This document shows, one piece after another, positions 49,901 to 61,968 of a stretch of 64,000 nt of DNA. Source of the stretch: Camelus ferus (lineage: Eukaryota). A program made the position numbers and the translations under genes. The first letter of the stretch is position 1; each line of letters opens with the position of its first letter. The DNA lies in the NCBI RefSeq assembly GCF_009834535.1, contig NC_045697.1:118298001-118362000 (forward strand). Direction: 5' to 3'. The notes beneath the pieces are model-generated. The model did not search any database and had not been told where the DNA came from. It worked only from the letters and a program-made list of their open reading frames with translations.

Positions 49901-50280
49901 TATAGCCTTATCTCTGTTAATCATTTTTAGTGTACCATTTTAATTCCTCTCTTATTTTTTAAACTAACTTTTTGAGTTATTTTTCTTAGTGGTCATTCCA
50001 GAGATTACAAAAAAACATGTTAACATCACACTCTACTTAAAGATAAAACTGAATTTCAATATAATATAGCAACTTTGTTCCAATGTAGTTCCATCTCCTC
50101 CCTCCTTTTGCCATTATTATTACAGACACTACCTTTATGTATGTTATAAGCCCAACTATAAAACGTACTAAGTTTGCTTTATGTGCATCCTGATTTTCTA
50201 AAGAAATTAAGAGAGAAAAGAAAAAAGTATGTTTTTGTTTTTTACAATTAAAAAATATTGTGTTTAATCATCTTACAAAC
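46940..50280 (-). mobile_element. Old L1 ORF2/ORF1 remnant
   Basis: TTGCATTGAATCTACAGATCAATTTGGGG; AATGTTGAATAGAAGTGGTGAGAGTGGACA; GGAGAATGTTCCATGTAC. Confidence 0.9.
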
Positions 50281-52813
50281 AGACAGCAGTATATCAGTTT
50301 AAAAAAACGTTATTTTTTTTAAGTCATTCCCCAGAGTAATCTAGAGTCAGGCAGGTAAGCAGCTGTTCTAGAGGAGATTAGCGTGCCAAGCAATGTGACA
50401 ACAAGGTGTTACACCCAAGGAAGGGAAAAAAGGAAGGAATAAACAAGACAAGTAGGAAATGAAATAAACTCCAAAGCCACCAACATGTTTCCTGCCTCAG
50501 AAAGAATGTGCCACAGGATCTGGGACTGAATCTATAAGCAGGGGACTTCAGTAGACCTGGATATTTTAAGCTGGAGAAAGGATCTGAGGGAAGACTGCAT
50601 AGGTGAGCTTGACTTAGCAAATTGAGAAAACATAGAGTATGTGCAAGCTCAAATAGACTGCGTGAAATTTTATGCTAGAGTGTTACATATTTATTTATAC
50701 TCTTAGAATTCTTTCTACAAAGTTCAGACAAAGATAGAGTTTGTAACATATCAAAAGGAAATTGCGAAATTAAAGCTAAGTGGTCTGAAGGTCCAGGATC
50801 TACCCACAGGTAATGGTAGCATCTTTATCAGGGTTTGAGGCTTCTGTAAGACTCCTTGAAACACAGATCGGGATCAATGATTTAAAGTAAATTTTGATCT
50901 TAATGGATGCAGAAATCTATTCTTGCCCAGGCAAGTTTCCCAAAAATAGCCTTGCAAGTCAATAGGAAACCTGGAAAAATAATTATTAAGTCACAGTGTA
51001 TTGAATATTTCCCTGTATACTCTACCATTAATCCAACACAACATAAAATACTGGCCAAGAGACATTTTTAGTAGTTAATGTATATCATGTGTATTTGGGA
51101 CAGTGGAATATTGGTGCTGCTGGCAGAATTTAGTAACAGTGTAAAGGTTGATAAAATGTTGGTAGCAAAATCCATCTAGACATTAGTATTGACCAGATGC
51201 AAATAAGAAATTCAGAACTATTTGTTTCACATTCCTCTTAGATCCATTTCATTTTTAGCCCTAATAGTATGATAAAGTGAGAATTACTAAAACATACTTC
51301 GTGTGATTCTGTGACACCTGGGTTGATTTTAGAATATGCAAAAAATGTTCTTGACCAAAAATGGAATATAAGAATCCACAAGTTGGGGTAATTCCTGTCT
51401 CTCTGACGCCCTTTATATATGTGAAGTGTGTGCAGATATTTCTTTTATAAAACAGTTGCATAAGAAAGGACAAATTAGCATCATGTCAAATCTTCTGATC
51501 TTCCTTTATTGTAAGAGAACTGATCGTGCTAACCCTAAGCCTAGTCCCTGTCAGAAAGACTACATTGGTGTTATGATAAATAATAATGCCTTTTTAGAAT
51601 CTGTATCATCCCCAAAGAGACTTGAATAATTTTTAAAAGCACTTGCATGAATTATAGCTGTTACTGTGTCTCTAATTGGTGGAAATAATGATTAGTCCAT
51701 AATAGGACTTAAGCAAGTTCTATTCATGGTCTGTTATCTTAAAATATTGGTCGTTTATTTCTGTACACTTGTATAGTAATATATCGACCATGAAATTATA
51801 CAATTGACAATGTGCTTTGACAGTTTTCTGTAACTACAACAAAATTTCACATTTTACTAAATTAAATTTAGCATTTGAGCAATCATCAATTGTCTTGGAA
51901 TATTCATTAAACAATCAAATGGATACATTGTGGATTTTTTGATTCTGCTTTTAGACCCAGGACTCAGTTGGATGTAGCAGAGAAGTTACGCTATTCTCAC
52001 CAAGGAAAAGAGCCCCATAGTGTTCAATTGTTCACATTTTTCTTTTCCCAAGTGAAGTAAATACTGTAACCCTCTGTCACTTATATAACTGGAACATATG
52101 AGCTATTCTTTGGAAATTCACAAAGAAAAATGAAGATAAAAGCAGAAAATAAAAGAAGATTTTCTAAATATTCTTGCAGAGCTCCTGCTGCTAGAGAAAC
52201 CATTGTCATAATACATACGAAGTTTGTATTTTCCCCAGGGGTTTTCCTTGTTGGAGACAGGGTAAGAAAAATTGTACTAGTAAAATAATAGCAAAATAAA
52301 AGCTGGCTGGAAACTCCCAGAAGAAAGAGTACAAACTTTAAATTCTACCAATAATACGGTTTTGGACTTTGAGGGTTTTTGAAAACAGATTTTAAAATGT
52401 GCACCACAAGACCAAAATCTCATAGAGGGTGAACTGCTAATAATTCTATTTCAAAAGTGTTAAAGAGGAAAAGAGGAAGATAGTTTATCATTTATCACAG
52501 ATCTGCGCTGGAGAGATATCGTAGTCAAGAAAAGCCACAATTCTTTCATGTGACAATGACGAAATGAGCTCACTTGTAAAGGTCAAGAATATATATAATC
52601 AAAGGGTTATGACAGCCAGAGGCAGGGCTGTCATTAAGGTAGCTACATCCCACAGGTGTGTCTGATGTCTGATCACTGCTTGTCTTAGAAATGATTAGGA
52701 ATCCCGCTTGGGAATGAAGCAAGAGATGTATGAATGTATAGCCAAAGGAATTTGTTGGAAATCAAATTGTCTGTGGACTTTCACAAATATGTCAGAGATA
52801 ATTACCTGGTTCC

Positions 52814-53297
52814 TGTGAACGAAAAATACTGCAAACCATATCAGTAAACAAAGAATGCTGAAGCCACCAAGTCATCAGTGGCCACTGCCCCCCAGTGAAG
52901 ACAAGGCTGCAGCCCGGCCGCTGCAGCCACTCACAGTGGTGCCCTCTGAGGGGACTCAGAATTAGAAGGGACAGGATCCTGGCCCTAGATAGCTAGGTGC
53001 TTGTCAAAGGAATGAATTCAGTGAGCCCAAATGTTTGCTCCCTCCCATACATAGAAAAGCACTAAATTCTTTAACTTGAGATGCCTGGTTTTCTTTAGTT
53101 AACAGATGATCTTTTGATGTTCCAACTACTTGGTCTTTGTTGTAAAGCTCCTTTGTATCCTAGTTCCTCCCCAACCTCTTCCGAGCAGCTCCTCAGAGCC
53201 ATCCGGGAGGCTGTCATCCCGGCTCGAGTCCTCAGAATTGTCCACTGAATAAAACGTAACTCTCGACCTTTAGGTTGTGCATTGATTTCAGTCGACA
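52814..53297 (+). mobile_element. Solo LTR, ERV1-class (family A, copy 3)
   Basis: TG...CA ends, perfect 4-bp TSD TTCC (52810-52813 / 53298-53301), AATAAA. Confidence 0.93.
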
Positions 53298-53559
53298 TTC
53301 CTTTCACTTAGTTTTACGAGTTTCTGTTCATTAGACATAATAATGAATGCTACCAATAATTAACCAAAGTAATCATTTCAATAAATTAATAAACTGAATG
53401 ACTTATAATACTTAGTGGAGAGCACCTTCTTTTTTAAGATACTTATTTGTAAATTGGTTCAAAAGGTATTAAAAATAAAAACATTTGAAACAAAAAGCTC
53501 CCCTGATCCATTCCAGCTGCATAAAATGACTTCCTGTTTTGAATTCTCATGACAATTTA

Positions 53560-53750
53560 GATTGTTAGATCAGTAACAGTGTATCTTTATCTCTCAGGGC
53601 CCATAACATCATCTTACTGAATTATATCTTTTAATTCATCTCATCTCTGCAACCACATCATATGAACTGATTTAAGGCAGCGACTATGTATTTTTTTTCA
53701 TTTTCTCATTTTAGCAGGTATTTCAAAAAATACTGACATGACTAAATGCC
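53560..53750 (+). mobile_element. L2 3' end
   Basis: ATATGAACTGATTTAAGGCAGCGACTATGT...TAGCAGGTATTTCAAAAAATACTG. Confidence 0.5.
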
Positions 53751-54436
53751 CTGATGCCCTCTACTTTATTTGATCTGATGCTATATATTTTCATGTATCA
53801 GTATGCTTGTGGATATTTATTAAAAAATAAAATATATTACAAAAACATAACACCAAAATTTACCCTTTTATAGAAAAGCCACTCCCCACCCATTGCTGCT
53901 TCCAGGAAAGGTTGCAAAAAATTATGAAATCTGAGACAGAAATCATGCTTCAGAGGAATCCAGAGAAATTTATCTCAGTGGATTGAGGAAACACAATTTC
54001 GTTATCAGAAAATGAATATCATGAAAGTCATAAATGTTAATTTGACAAATGCATATCTTCTTTGACTTCAATAGCTTTTAGTACTTATATAAATAATATT
54101 CAAAATTTATGCCACATATTATACTTTTTGATCATTTAAGATAAGATAGCTTCTGAATATTAATGACATTTGGGGTTATAGATACAAAATGAGTACCTCA
54201 TTTTGAAGGCTCAGAATCCAAACCTGAAAGTCTTTACATTATTAGGTAAATCCTGACCTGGCTCGTGGCATTTCTTGAAACTACAAATTAAATTGCATCA
54301 TTTTAAGGATAGCCCTTCTCCAACTTTGGATATAAATTACAGAAACAAATTAATGCATTTATTCCTGAAATCTCTGTCATATTTTTATAAAATTAGGTCA
54401 GAATCGAGACTTGATACATTGAAAGCTTAATAATAC

Positions 54437-55047
54437 TGAGACAGGAGGGGAGCAGGCAGGGCTCAGTCAGTGAAAGAATGACTCGGCAATTAGCACCAAG
54501 ATGGCGGAAGAGTCAACGCCCAGTGGACCTTGAACTTCAATATAGGCTCACTGAAATACCACAGCTACTAAATGGCCCTCCCACAGGTGCCAGAACAGCT
54601 CCAAGCTGACCATAAATGGTCAAAGGGTAGGTGATGGCCCGGTTCCTAGGCCTCCCAGCCCCTTCTTCAGAGTGGTTGGAATAACCCTCCCACTTGTCAG
54701 CATGTGAAGTTACCCAGCCCATAAAAACTCACAGCCCCGCACCTCGTGGCCTCTCACTCTCTCGTCATCGGAGACAGCCCGCAATCTGTCTAAGGACTAT
54801 CTACTTTTAGTTTAAACTGTGCATCCAACCCCCACACCTCATGGCCTTTCTCTTGCCTTCTGAAACAATCTGCACTCTGTCTATGGAGTATGTATCTGTC
54901 TGAATAAATCTGCCTTTACTGAACTGTGGCTCACTCCTGAATTCTTTCCTGTGCTAAGCCAAGGACCCACATTTGGCGGGGCATGTCCCAGGGACCAAGC
55001 AAGACCTGGGACACAGCCATCCTCTGGCCCCACATTTTCCTGTATCA
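54437..55047 (+). mobile_element. MER41-like ERV1 solo LTR
   Basis: TG...CA ends; CTCTGTCTATGGAGTA...AATAAA...CCTGAATTCTTTCCTG...CCAAGGACCC matches the recalled MER41 R/U5 region; CATAAAA TATA-like box. Confidence 0.8.
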
Positions 55048-56394
55048 GTGCTGTTTTGTCCCACATTTGATTTTCCCTAATTGGTGTGTTTCTTGGTGGG
55101 GATTACAGCACAAAAGAAACATCCATGGTACAGCATCCTGCCCTGTGCTGGGGACACACGAGCAGATGCTGTGACGGATGCTGGGGGCCTCCCCCCAGAC
55201 CCACCCATCACCTCGCAGCCGTGAGCAAGGGCAGCTCTCAGGGAAAACCCATCCTCCATCTCTGAGGCTGTACCCTGGCTGACAAGACCCCTTCTCTGTG
55301 AAGGTCAACCTCCTCCTTTCCTTCCCTTGGGAATAGCCCACAGCGGAGACCAGCAGAGTGTACAAAAGACTGGCCCCCTAATTCTAAAAGGGAAGGCACC
55401 CTGGGGTGATTTAAGTGGATCAGGCCAAGACTGGACTCTCCCCCAGATCACATTCTTGCTTGGCTCTCTTCAGGTCCCTGCTGTGCTTCCACCGCACAAA
55501 ACAAAGCAAAACATCTCTACATCAATGTCTCTGCTTCTGTGGAATCAGAACGGGACAGGGGTCACCAGGGATGGTGCTGGGTGCAGAGTCCCCATGCGTT
55601 TCCCCCTGTCCAGCGTGCTGTTTGTTCTCTGCCCAGGCTGTCAGGAACCACTTGTGCACACGCCCACCCTGGTCCTTACTTATATGTAAGGGTCACGTCC
55701 TGCAGGTTCTTGTACGTATCTCTTCCCAGACCTGGGCTGGGCTGGGTGGTGCCGAGTCTTGACTCTCAGATTGGGGAAAAGGGTTCATATAGTGAGATGG
55801 AGCTGCTTCTGGTGAAAAGCAGGATTCAGGATAATTTAGGAGCTCAAGGGTCAAATTTGTCTTCCTACAAGTGTTCATCCCGGACTGTGGGGCCCTACTC
55901 TTCGCTACCACAGCCCTGACTTGACCCAGCAGAGGTGCTAAGTCTTCACATTTTAGTCCTCTCTGCAGACCTGTCTCCCCTAGAATCAGATCCTTGGCCA
56001 GATTCTCAGTAAAGTCTGCCAGAAGCTCCCAGAATGAGCAGTCCCCTACAGCTGCCAGGAGGCCTTCGGCTTCAGAAACTGGCTTAAGATGGAAACTGAC
56101 CATCCCCAGCCTGTCATTCTCTTTTTGTACTTTTTCCATTGGCACCAAGGCATTCAGGCTATTTCACGATTCTCCAAAGTGTCCCCATGTAAATTAAATA
56201 CACAACCATTTCTGCTCCCTACTCTTGCCCCCCAGTTACACTTCCTTTCAATTAAACCAACATGAAAGTTTAAGTCCTTGTGGTGCAACTGCCTTCCAAG
56301 AGTCATTACCACCCCATTACCATCCTCAGTGGATGACTTCAGACAGTCGAGCAGTCCAGCTCTGGAGCCACGTCACGTACGACTTGTGTTAAAC

Positions 56395-56900
56395 TAACCC
56401 GTGTTTTCTGAGTTAGAAGCAGAACCCGAGGGAGGGATTAAAACGCTGACACTTTATTTGGGAAGCCCAAGCCAGAGAAGAAAACACAAGGAGAAACAAA
56501 GGGAACAAAAACACAAGTGAAGCAAAGGGAGGCAACGAGTTACCGCACTGGCTGCGCCAACGACCATCCATGAAGCTCCAGGGACAGAGAGGCACTGACT
56601 CGACATTGTGCAACGTGAAACCCCTGGTAGGACTTCCCAGAGGGCCCTGGGGTGCTGCTCTCTCAGTGTGGTTCACCAAAGAGAAAATGGAGGGTCACTT
56701 ATCTGCTCAGGTCCCCCCCACCTCCGGTCTCCCATCGCCCACGTTCCATCGAAAGGTGCCAGGTCCTCCTCCACACGTCCTGAGTGTGTCCCCCGGCCTC
56801 CTCAGTGGAACTTCAGAGGCTGGGTACCACTCATCCAGGGAGATCCAAGGAGAGTGGGGGGGCAGCGTGGCCATTTGGCCTGGACTTCTGTTCACAAAGA
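56395..56900 (-). mobile_element. Old ERVL LTR (LTR33/LTR16-like)
   Basis: TAGAAGCAGAACCCGAG...GGATT...TTTATTTGGGAAG signature; right boundary uncertain. Confidence 0.5.
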
Positions 56901-57027
56901 TCCTGAGACGTTAGCTTGAGATCTATAACTTCAAGCAAAGTTATAATAAATAAATGTTTGTTACAGCTTTAGAAAATGGGCTCCTGAAAATGATCGTTTC
57001 TTCAATGTCAGATTTAAATATGCTGCA

Positions 57028-57439
57028 TGTTGTGGTCGGAATTGTGTTCCCCACAAAAAGCATACGTTGAAGACCTGGCCCCCGGTGTGACTGTATTTGG
57101 AGATAGGGTGTTTCAGGTGGTAATTAAGGCTAAGTGAGGTCCGGAGGATGGAACCCTAGACCAGCACAGCTAGTGTCCTTATAAGACGAGGAAGAGACAG
57201 CAGTGATGTGCGGCCACAGAGGAAAGGCCGTGTGGGCACAGTGAGAAGGTGGCCGCCTGCAAGCCAAGGAGAGAGGCCTCAGGTGGTATGAAATCTGAGG
57301 ACACCATGATCTTGGCCTTCTGGCCTCCACTGCTGCAGGAAAATAAACTCGGATTGTTCAATACAATTAAACGATTTTAACTGTTTAAAATGAAGCAGCC
57401 TGTGGTATTTTGTTTTGGCAGCCCTAGCCAACGAACACA
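57028..57439 (+). mobile_element. MaLR solo LTR (MLT1A/B-like)
   Basis: GTGACTGTATTTGGAGATAGGG; GTGTCCTTATAAGA; CTGCAAGCCAAGGAGAGAGGCCTCAG; TGTGGTATTTTGTT.TGGCAGCCCTAGC. Confidence 0.92.
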
Positions 57440-57849
57440 CCATAAAACACATAGTGTCTTCTGTTTTGGTTTTTCTTTACTTTCTATTAATATTCAAGGA
57501 TTTTTCCAAAATGGAAATTACTCAGCCTCTGAAAAGCTCTACATTTAATTTATTCTCCCTAAATATTCCTCACGGCGCCTAGGGACCAAAGGATTAACAG
57601 ATTCTTTTTTCAACTGGCAAGTTTGTCAGTTTCCCTGTGTTTAGTACCTGTTTATTTTGAATTTCTCACACACTGGCACTCTGTGAAGTGCTGAGACCAC
57701 GAAGATGAATTAGAAAGGCTTCATGACATCAGACAGAATACTACCCGTTGACAAATCTCAGAACATAGAGATAGAACAGAGACGTCACTGTTACAGAATG
57801 CTGATGCTTTAAAGAGAAGACAGAACTTCATTCCTAAGTGTTTCTTCTT

Positions 57850-58720
57850 ATTATTTTTTAAAATTACACAATTTCAATGCTTAAAGATGTAAAATAATTG
57901 CACATAAACACATCATAGAATAACTACTTTTATTTTTGCCTTTTGTCTCCCAGACCTTGTAAGAATATATATTTATTTGTTATCACTGACGATGGTAGTT
58001 GTGTATTCAGTTCCTCTGTAATGCATCATGGAGGCTGTCACTGTTTCTGAGTATGACACTAATCACATTTGTTGGCTTCATATTGTTTCCTGTTGTTGGT
58101 CTGACATAATTTAATTTGTATTTTTCATTGCTACTAAAGTTAATGTGTGTCTACTGTAAGTATTTCTTCTTTTGGGAAATGCACTCTGTTCACTCATCTC
58201 TTAGGAACTTGGATGTCTTATAAATGTCACCAAGTCATTTAAGTAACCTAGGTCTAATTCATTTACTTAAAATTTTGATATAACATTGCCCAAATGTTAC
58301 TATGCTTCTAAATGCATCCAAGAATTATTCTTGGAAATACCGGATTTTTTAAAATGTCTCTCTTTTTTTAAATGGAGTCACTGAGGATTGAACCTAGGAT
58401 GTAATGTATGCTAAGCATCCGCTCTACCAATGAGCTATATCCACCCCACAATGTTGGGGTTTTTTTTAATGTCATTCAAAATTTTTTGTAAAATAATGAA
58501 TTGTATAAAATTTGGATCTGTCGACCTTTTCTTTGTGACTGATCCATAGCTTCAATATGAGAAATGTATTAGTCTTCCCTAGATTTGATCAATACACTAA
58601 CCCTGCATTATTAAAATATGTTTTTATCTTTATTTCTGAGATCATTTTCACTATAAAATTAGGATCCAACTTAATTTTAAGAAATTGCTTTTAATTCAAA
58701 ACACAAATGAAATTAATGAG
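57850..58720 (-). mobile_element. Ancient L1 fragment hosting a SINE
   Basis: TATTTCTTCTTTTGGGAAATG...CTGTTCA; AGGATCCAACTTAATTTT. Confidence 0.5.
58363..58447 (-). mobile_element. tRNA-derived SINE (vic-1-like, short form)
   Basis: Reverse complement GGGGTGGATATAGCTCATTGGTAGAGCGGATGCTTAGCAT...AGGTTCAATCCTCAG, then poly-A. Confidence 0.88.
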
Positions 58721-59234
58721 AACTGAGAAAATAAATTATAATACGTGAATACAAAACTTAAGATACAATCATTAAAAAGGAGACCTAGATCTAATCACGC
58801 TGCTATATAATAGGATTTCCCCTACACTGAGCGACAAAGCAAGATACGTTAGTGTAAATAACATTAAATCACTTGCTTAAAAAGATCAGACATTTATGTT
58901 TTGCGTTTTTTGCATATACATTCTCTGAATTGTACACAAGAAATTATTAACATCACTTGTCTGTGGAAAGTGCAACTGCTCCCCTCTTTCATCAACAGAG
59001 AGTATTTCAATTTGAGAACCATGTCAATATGATGGTTAAAAAACGGTATCTTGATAAAGGCTGACTTTTCATCCCTCATCATAATTGAGGATTAATGTGG
59101 GATTTTATTAAAGATTTATTTCTATTTCCTTTTTTGTGAACTGTCTGTTCATAATCTTTGACTAGTTTTTAATGAGGCTTTTTATATTCTCATAATCATT
59201 CCTTAGAATTTACCTTAAAGAATTATGGAACTAA

Positions 59235-60980
59235 TTTCTGAAGAAGATCAATATCTCTTACGAATATAGATGCAAAAATCCTCATCAAAATATTAGCAAA
59301 ACAAATTCAACAACATATTAAAAGGATTATACACCATGAGCCAGTGGCATTTATCTCAGTAATGCAAGGTTGGTTCAACATAAGAATACCAATCAATGTG
59401 ATACATGAATAAAATGAAGGAGAAATAAATGCTCATTTCAATTGACACAGAAAAACAAAAATGCTCACCTCCACTGCTATTCAACATTGTCTGGAAGTTC
59501 TAGACAGAGAAATTAGTCAAGAAAAATAAATAAAAGGCATTCATATAGAATTTGTAAGAAACCTCAAATAGCCAAAAAAAAAAACAGAACAAACTTGAAG
59601 ATCTCACCCTTCTCCATTTCAAAACTTACCATAAAGCTACAGTAATTAAAGCAATGTAGTGTCAGCTCAGAAACACTGGAATAGAACTGAGAGTCCAGAA
59701 ATAAAACCAGTTGTCTAAAGCCAATTGATTTTTGACAAGGTGTTAAGATCAATGCTGAGGGATAGTGACAATTCAAAAACTGATGCGAGGACAAATGGAT
59801 AGCCTTAGGCTACCCCTACCATACACAATACACAAAAATTAACTCAAAATATACCAATAACCTAAATACAAGAGCTAAAACCATAAATCTCTTAGAAAAA
59901 CAATACACCAGTAAATCTTTGTGACTTGGATTTGGCAGTGAATTCTTAGATATGTCAAGAACAGCATTAGGATCAATAAAAAGTAGATACATCAAATTTC
60001 ATTAAAATTAAAAACTTGTTCATTAAAGCTGTTATTGATAAAGAGAAAAATAAAACCTATAGAAAGGGAAAAATGTTTGCAAGTCACTTATCTCCTAAAG
60101 AACTCCTATAGCTCAATAAGAAAAAGGCAACCTGATTTTTAAAATTGTCAAAATAAATAATACAATGATCCAAAAGGGCCTAAATAGACATTTCTTCAAA
60201 TAAAATATACAAATGGCCAAAAAGTATATGGAAAGAGACTCAACATCATTAATCATCACAGAAATGCAAACTAAAACCACAATGAAGTGCCACTCACATC
60301 CACCGGGAGATTTGGAATCAAATGAAAAATAACAAATCTTGGCAAGGTTGTAGATGAGTTAAAAGCCTTGCACATGGCTGGTAGGAAAATAAAATGGTTG
60401 AATTGCTGTGGAAAATAGTTGGCAATTCCTCAAAAGTTTAAACACAGTACCATGTGACCCAGCCATTCGACTCCTAGGTATGTAAGCCAAAAATTTAAAA
60501 CAGGTACTCAGACAGATAAAAAGACACACATGTCCACTGTGGCTCTATTTACAGTGGCTAAAAGGTGGAAGCAACCAAATGCACATGGATGGATTAGCAG
60601 ATAAACAGATTGTCAGACACAAACAATGGAATATCACTTGGTTATAAGGAGAAGTGAAGTCTTATTGCATTCTACAAATAGATGAGCTTTGAGAACACTA
60701 TGCTAAGTGCGGAAAGCCAAACACAAAGTATCAATACATAGCATTACGAAATATCTGACATAGCTAAAGCCAGAGAGACAGGTGAAGGTTGGTGGTTACC
60801 ATGGTTACCAGAGAGTGGGGAGTAATTTAATGGACATAGAGTAATTTTGAAGGCATAGAAATATTTTGGGACTAGACAGGGATGGTGGTTGTACACCATT
60901 GTGGGTATATCAATGCCATTGAACTGTTTCCTTTAAAATGGTTCCATACATTATGTAGATTTTAATCCAGTTTAAAAAAA
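59235..60980 (+). mobile_element. L1MB-type fragment with several internal deletions
   Basis: ATAGATGCAAAAATCCTCA; GAAATGCAAACTAAAACCACAATGA; 3'UTR GGATGGTGGTTGTACACCATTGTG. Confidence 0.92.
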
Positions 60981-61076
60981 GAGGTTTTTTTAAGTCATAG
61001 GAAAAATAAAAAATAAGTGTATTAAACTAACAGGGCAGAAAGACACTTGCCAGGGGGAACTTTGAGTTTCATCACT

Positions 61077-61332
61077 GACTCATGCTCAAAGTTTCCTCTT
61101 ATAATTATAGTAAATCAAAACTTTTTTCTTCTTTTTTTTTGCCTAAGCTGAGCTTTAAAAGTGCCATTTTCCTTATAAGATCTGTTTCTCTACATTTATA
61201 GACTCAGGCTCAAAGACTCATACTCAAAGTTTCATCTTATATTTATAGTAAATCAAAACTAAAAGAAGACTAAACTGACCCTAAAAATGCTCTTTTTTCT
61301 TACAAAATCTATTCCTCTACTTTTATAGAACT
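61077..61332. repeat. Diverged two-unit tandem duplication (about 125-138 bp)
   Basis: GACTCATRCTCAAAGTTTC.TCTTATA.TTATAGTAAATCAAAACT at 61077 and 61215, each followed by CTAA.CTGA...TCTCTAC.TTTATAG. Confidence 0.88.
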
Positions 61333-61555
61333 TTAATACAATCTGTGGGTCTGAGACTGATAATGACCTTGACAAAAGAAACAAACAAAAAGAAGTTCAT
61401 GTGTTTGAGCTTTAAGGAACTCTTATTTTGCCCCCTTCTTTCTTTAGATAGTAATGAATTAACTGAAAAAGAAAAAAAAAATTACAAGAACACAAACAAA
61501 ATGTTGATGAGGCTGTGGTCACTGGCATGTCTTTCTCCTCTGTTTCCCAAACTAA

Positions 61556-61968
61556 TGTTACAGCAACCTCAATCCCCTCAAGACACCAAGAGACCCTCAC
61601 ACTCGGAGGGTTTACTATGCCAGCAGGCCCAGGAGAGTTGAAGACTCCAAGCTCTGGACCCCGTCTGTACGTTTACACAGGCTTTTATAGGAGTTTAGGT
61701 TTCAATTAAGTTCACGCCATATGCAAATGAAGGGTAAGAAATGGACCAATCAGGAGTGAGCTTTTGGGGACCAATAGAATTTTAGGGGTAAATGCAAATT
61801 AGGTGTTAGAAATGGACCAATCGGGAGTGAGCTTTTGGGAACCAATGGAATTTTACAGGTAAGTTTCATTTTCCTAGAAGCAAGCTGTTTTACAGAAGTG
61901 CAAAAGTGGGAAGGCCATGGCCCTGCCTGGGAGGTCTTGCTGCTCCCTTTGTGGGTTTTGCCCCTTCA
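61556..61968 (-). mobile_element. ERV1-class solo LTR with duplicated 71-bp enhancer module
   Basis: Minus strand TGAAGGGG...GTAACA; perfect TSD CTAA (61552-61555 / 61969-61972); TATAAAA (complement of 61683-61689); AGTAAA poly-A signal. Confidence 0.92.

Noticed and set aside
55045..56919. Cluster of overlapping 100-150 aa ORFs
   Set aside because: Multiple frames and both strands, no homology I recognise, and partly within an old LTR; consistent with chance in GC-richer DNA.
61721..61862. Regularly spaced repeats resembling an array (CRISPR-like)
   Set aside because: Only two contiguous units with no unique spacers, inside an LTR, in mammalian DNA.
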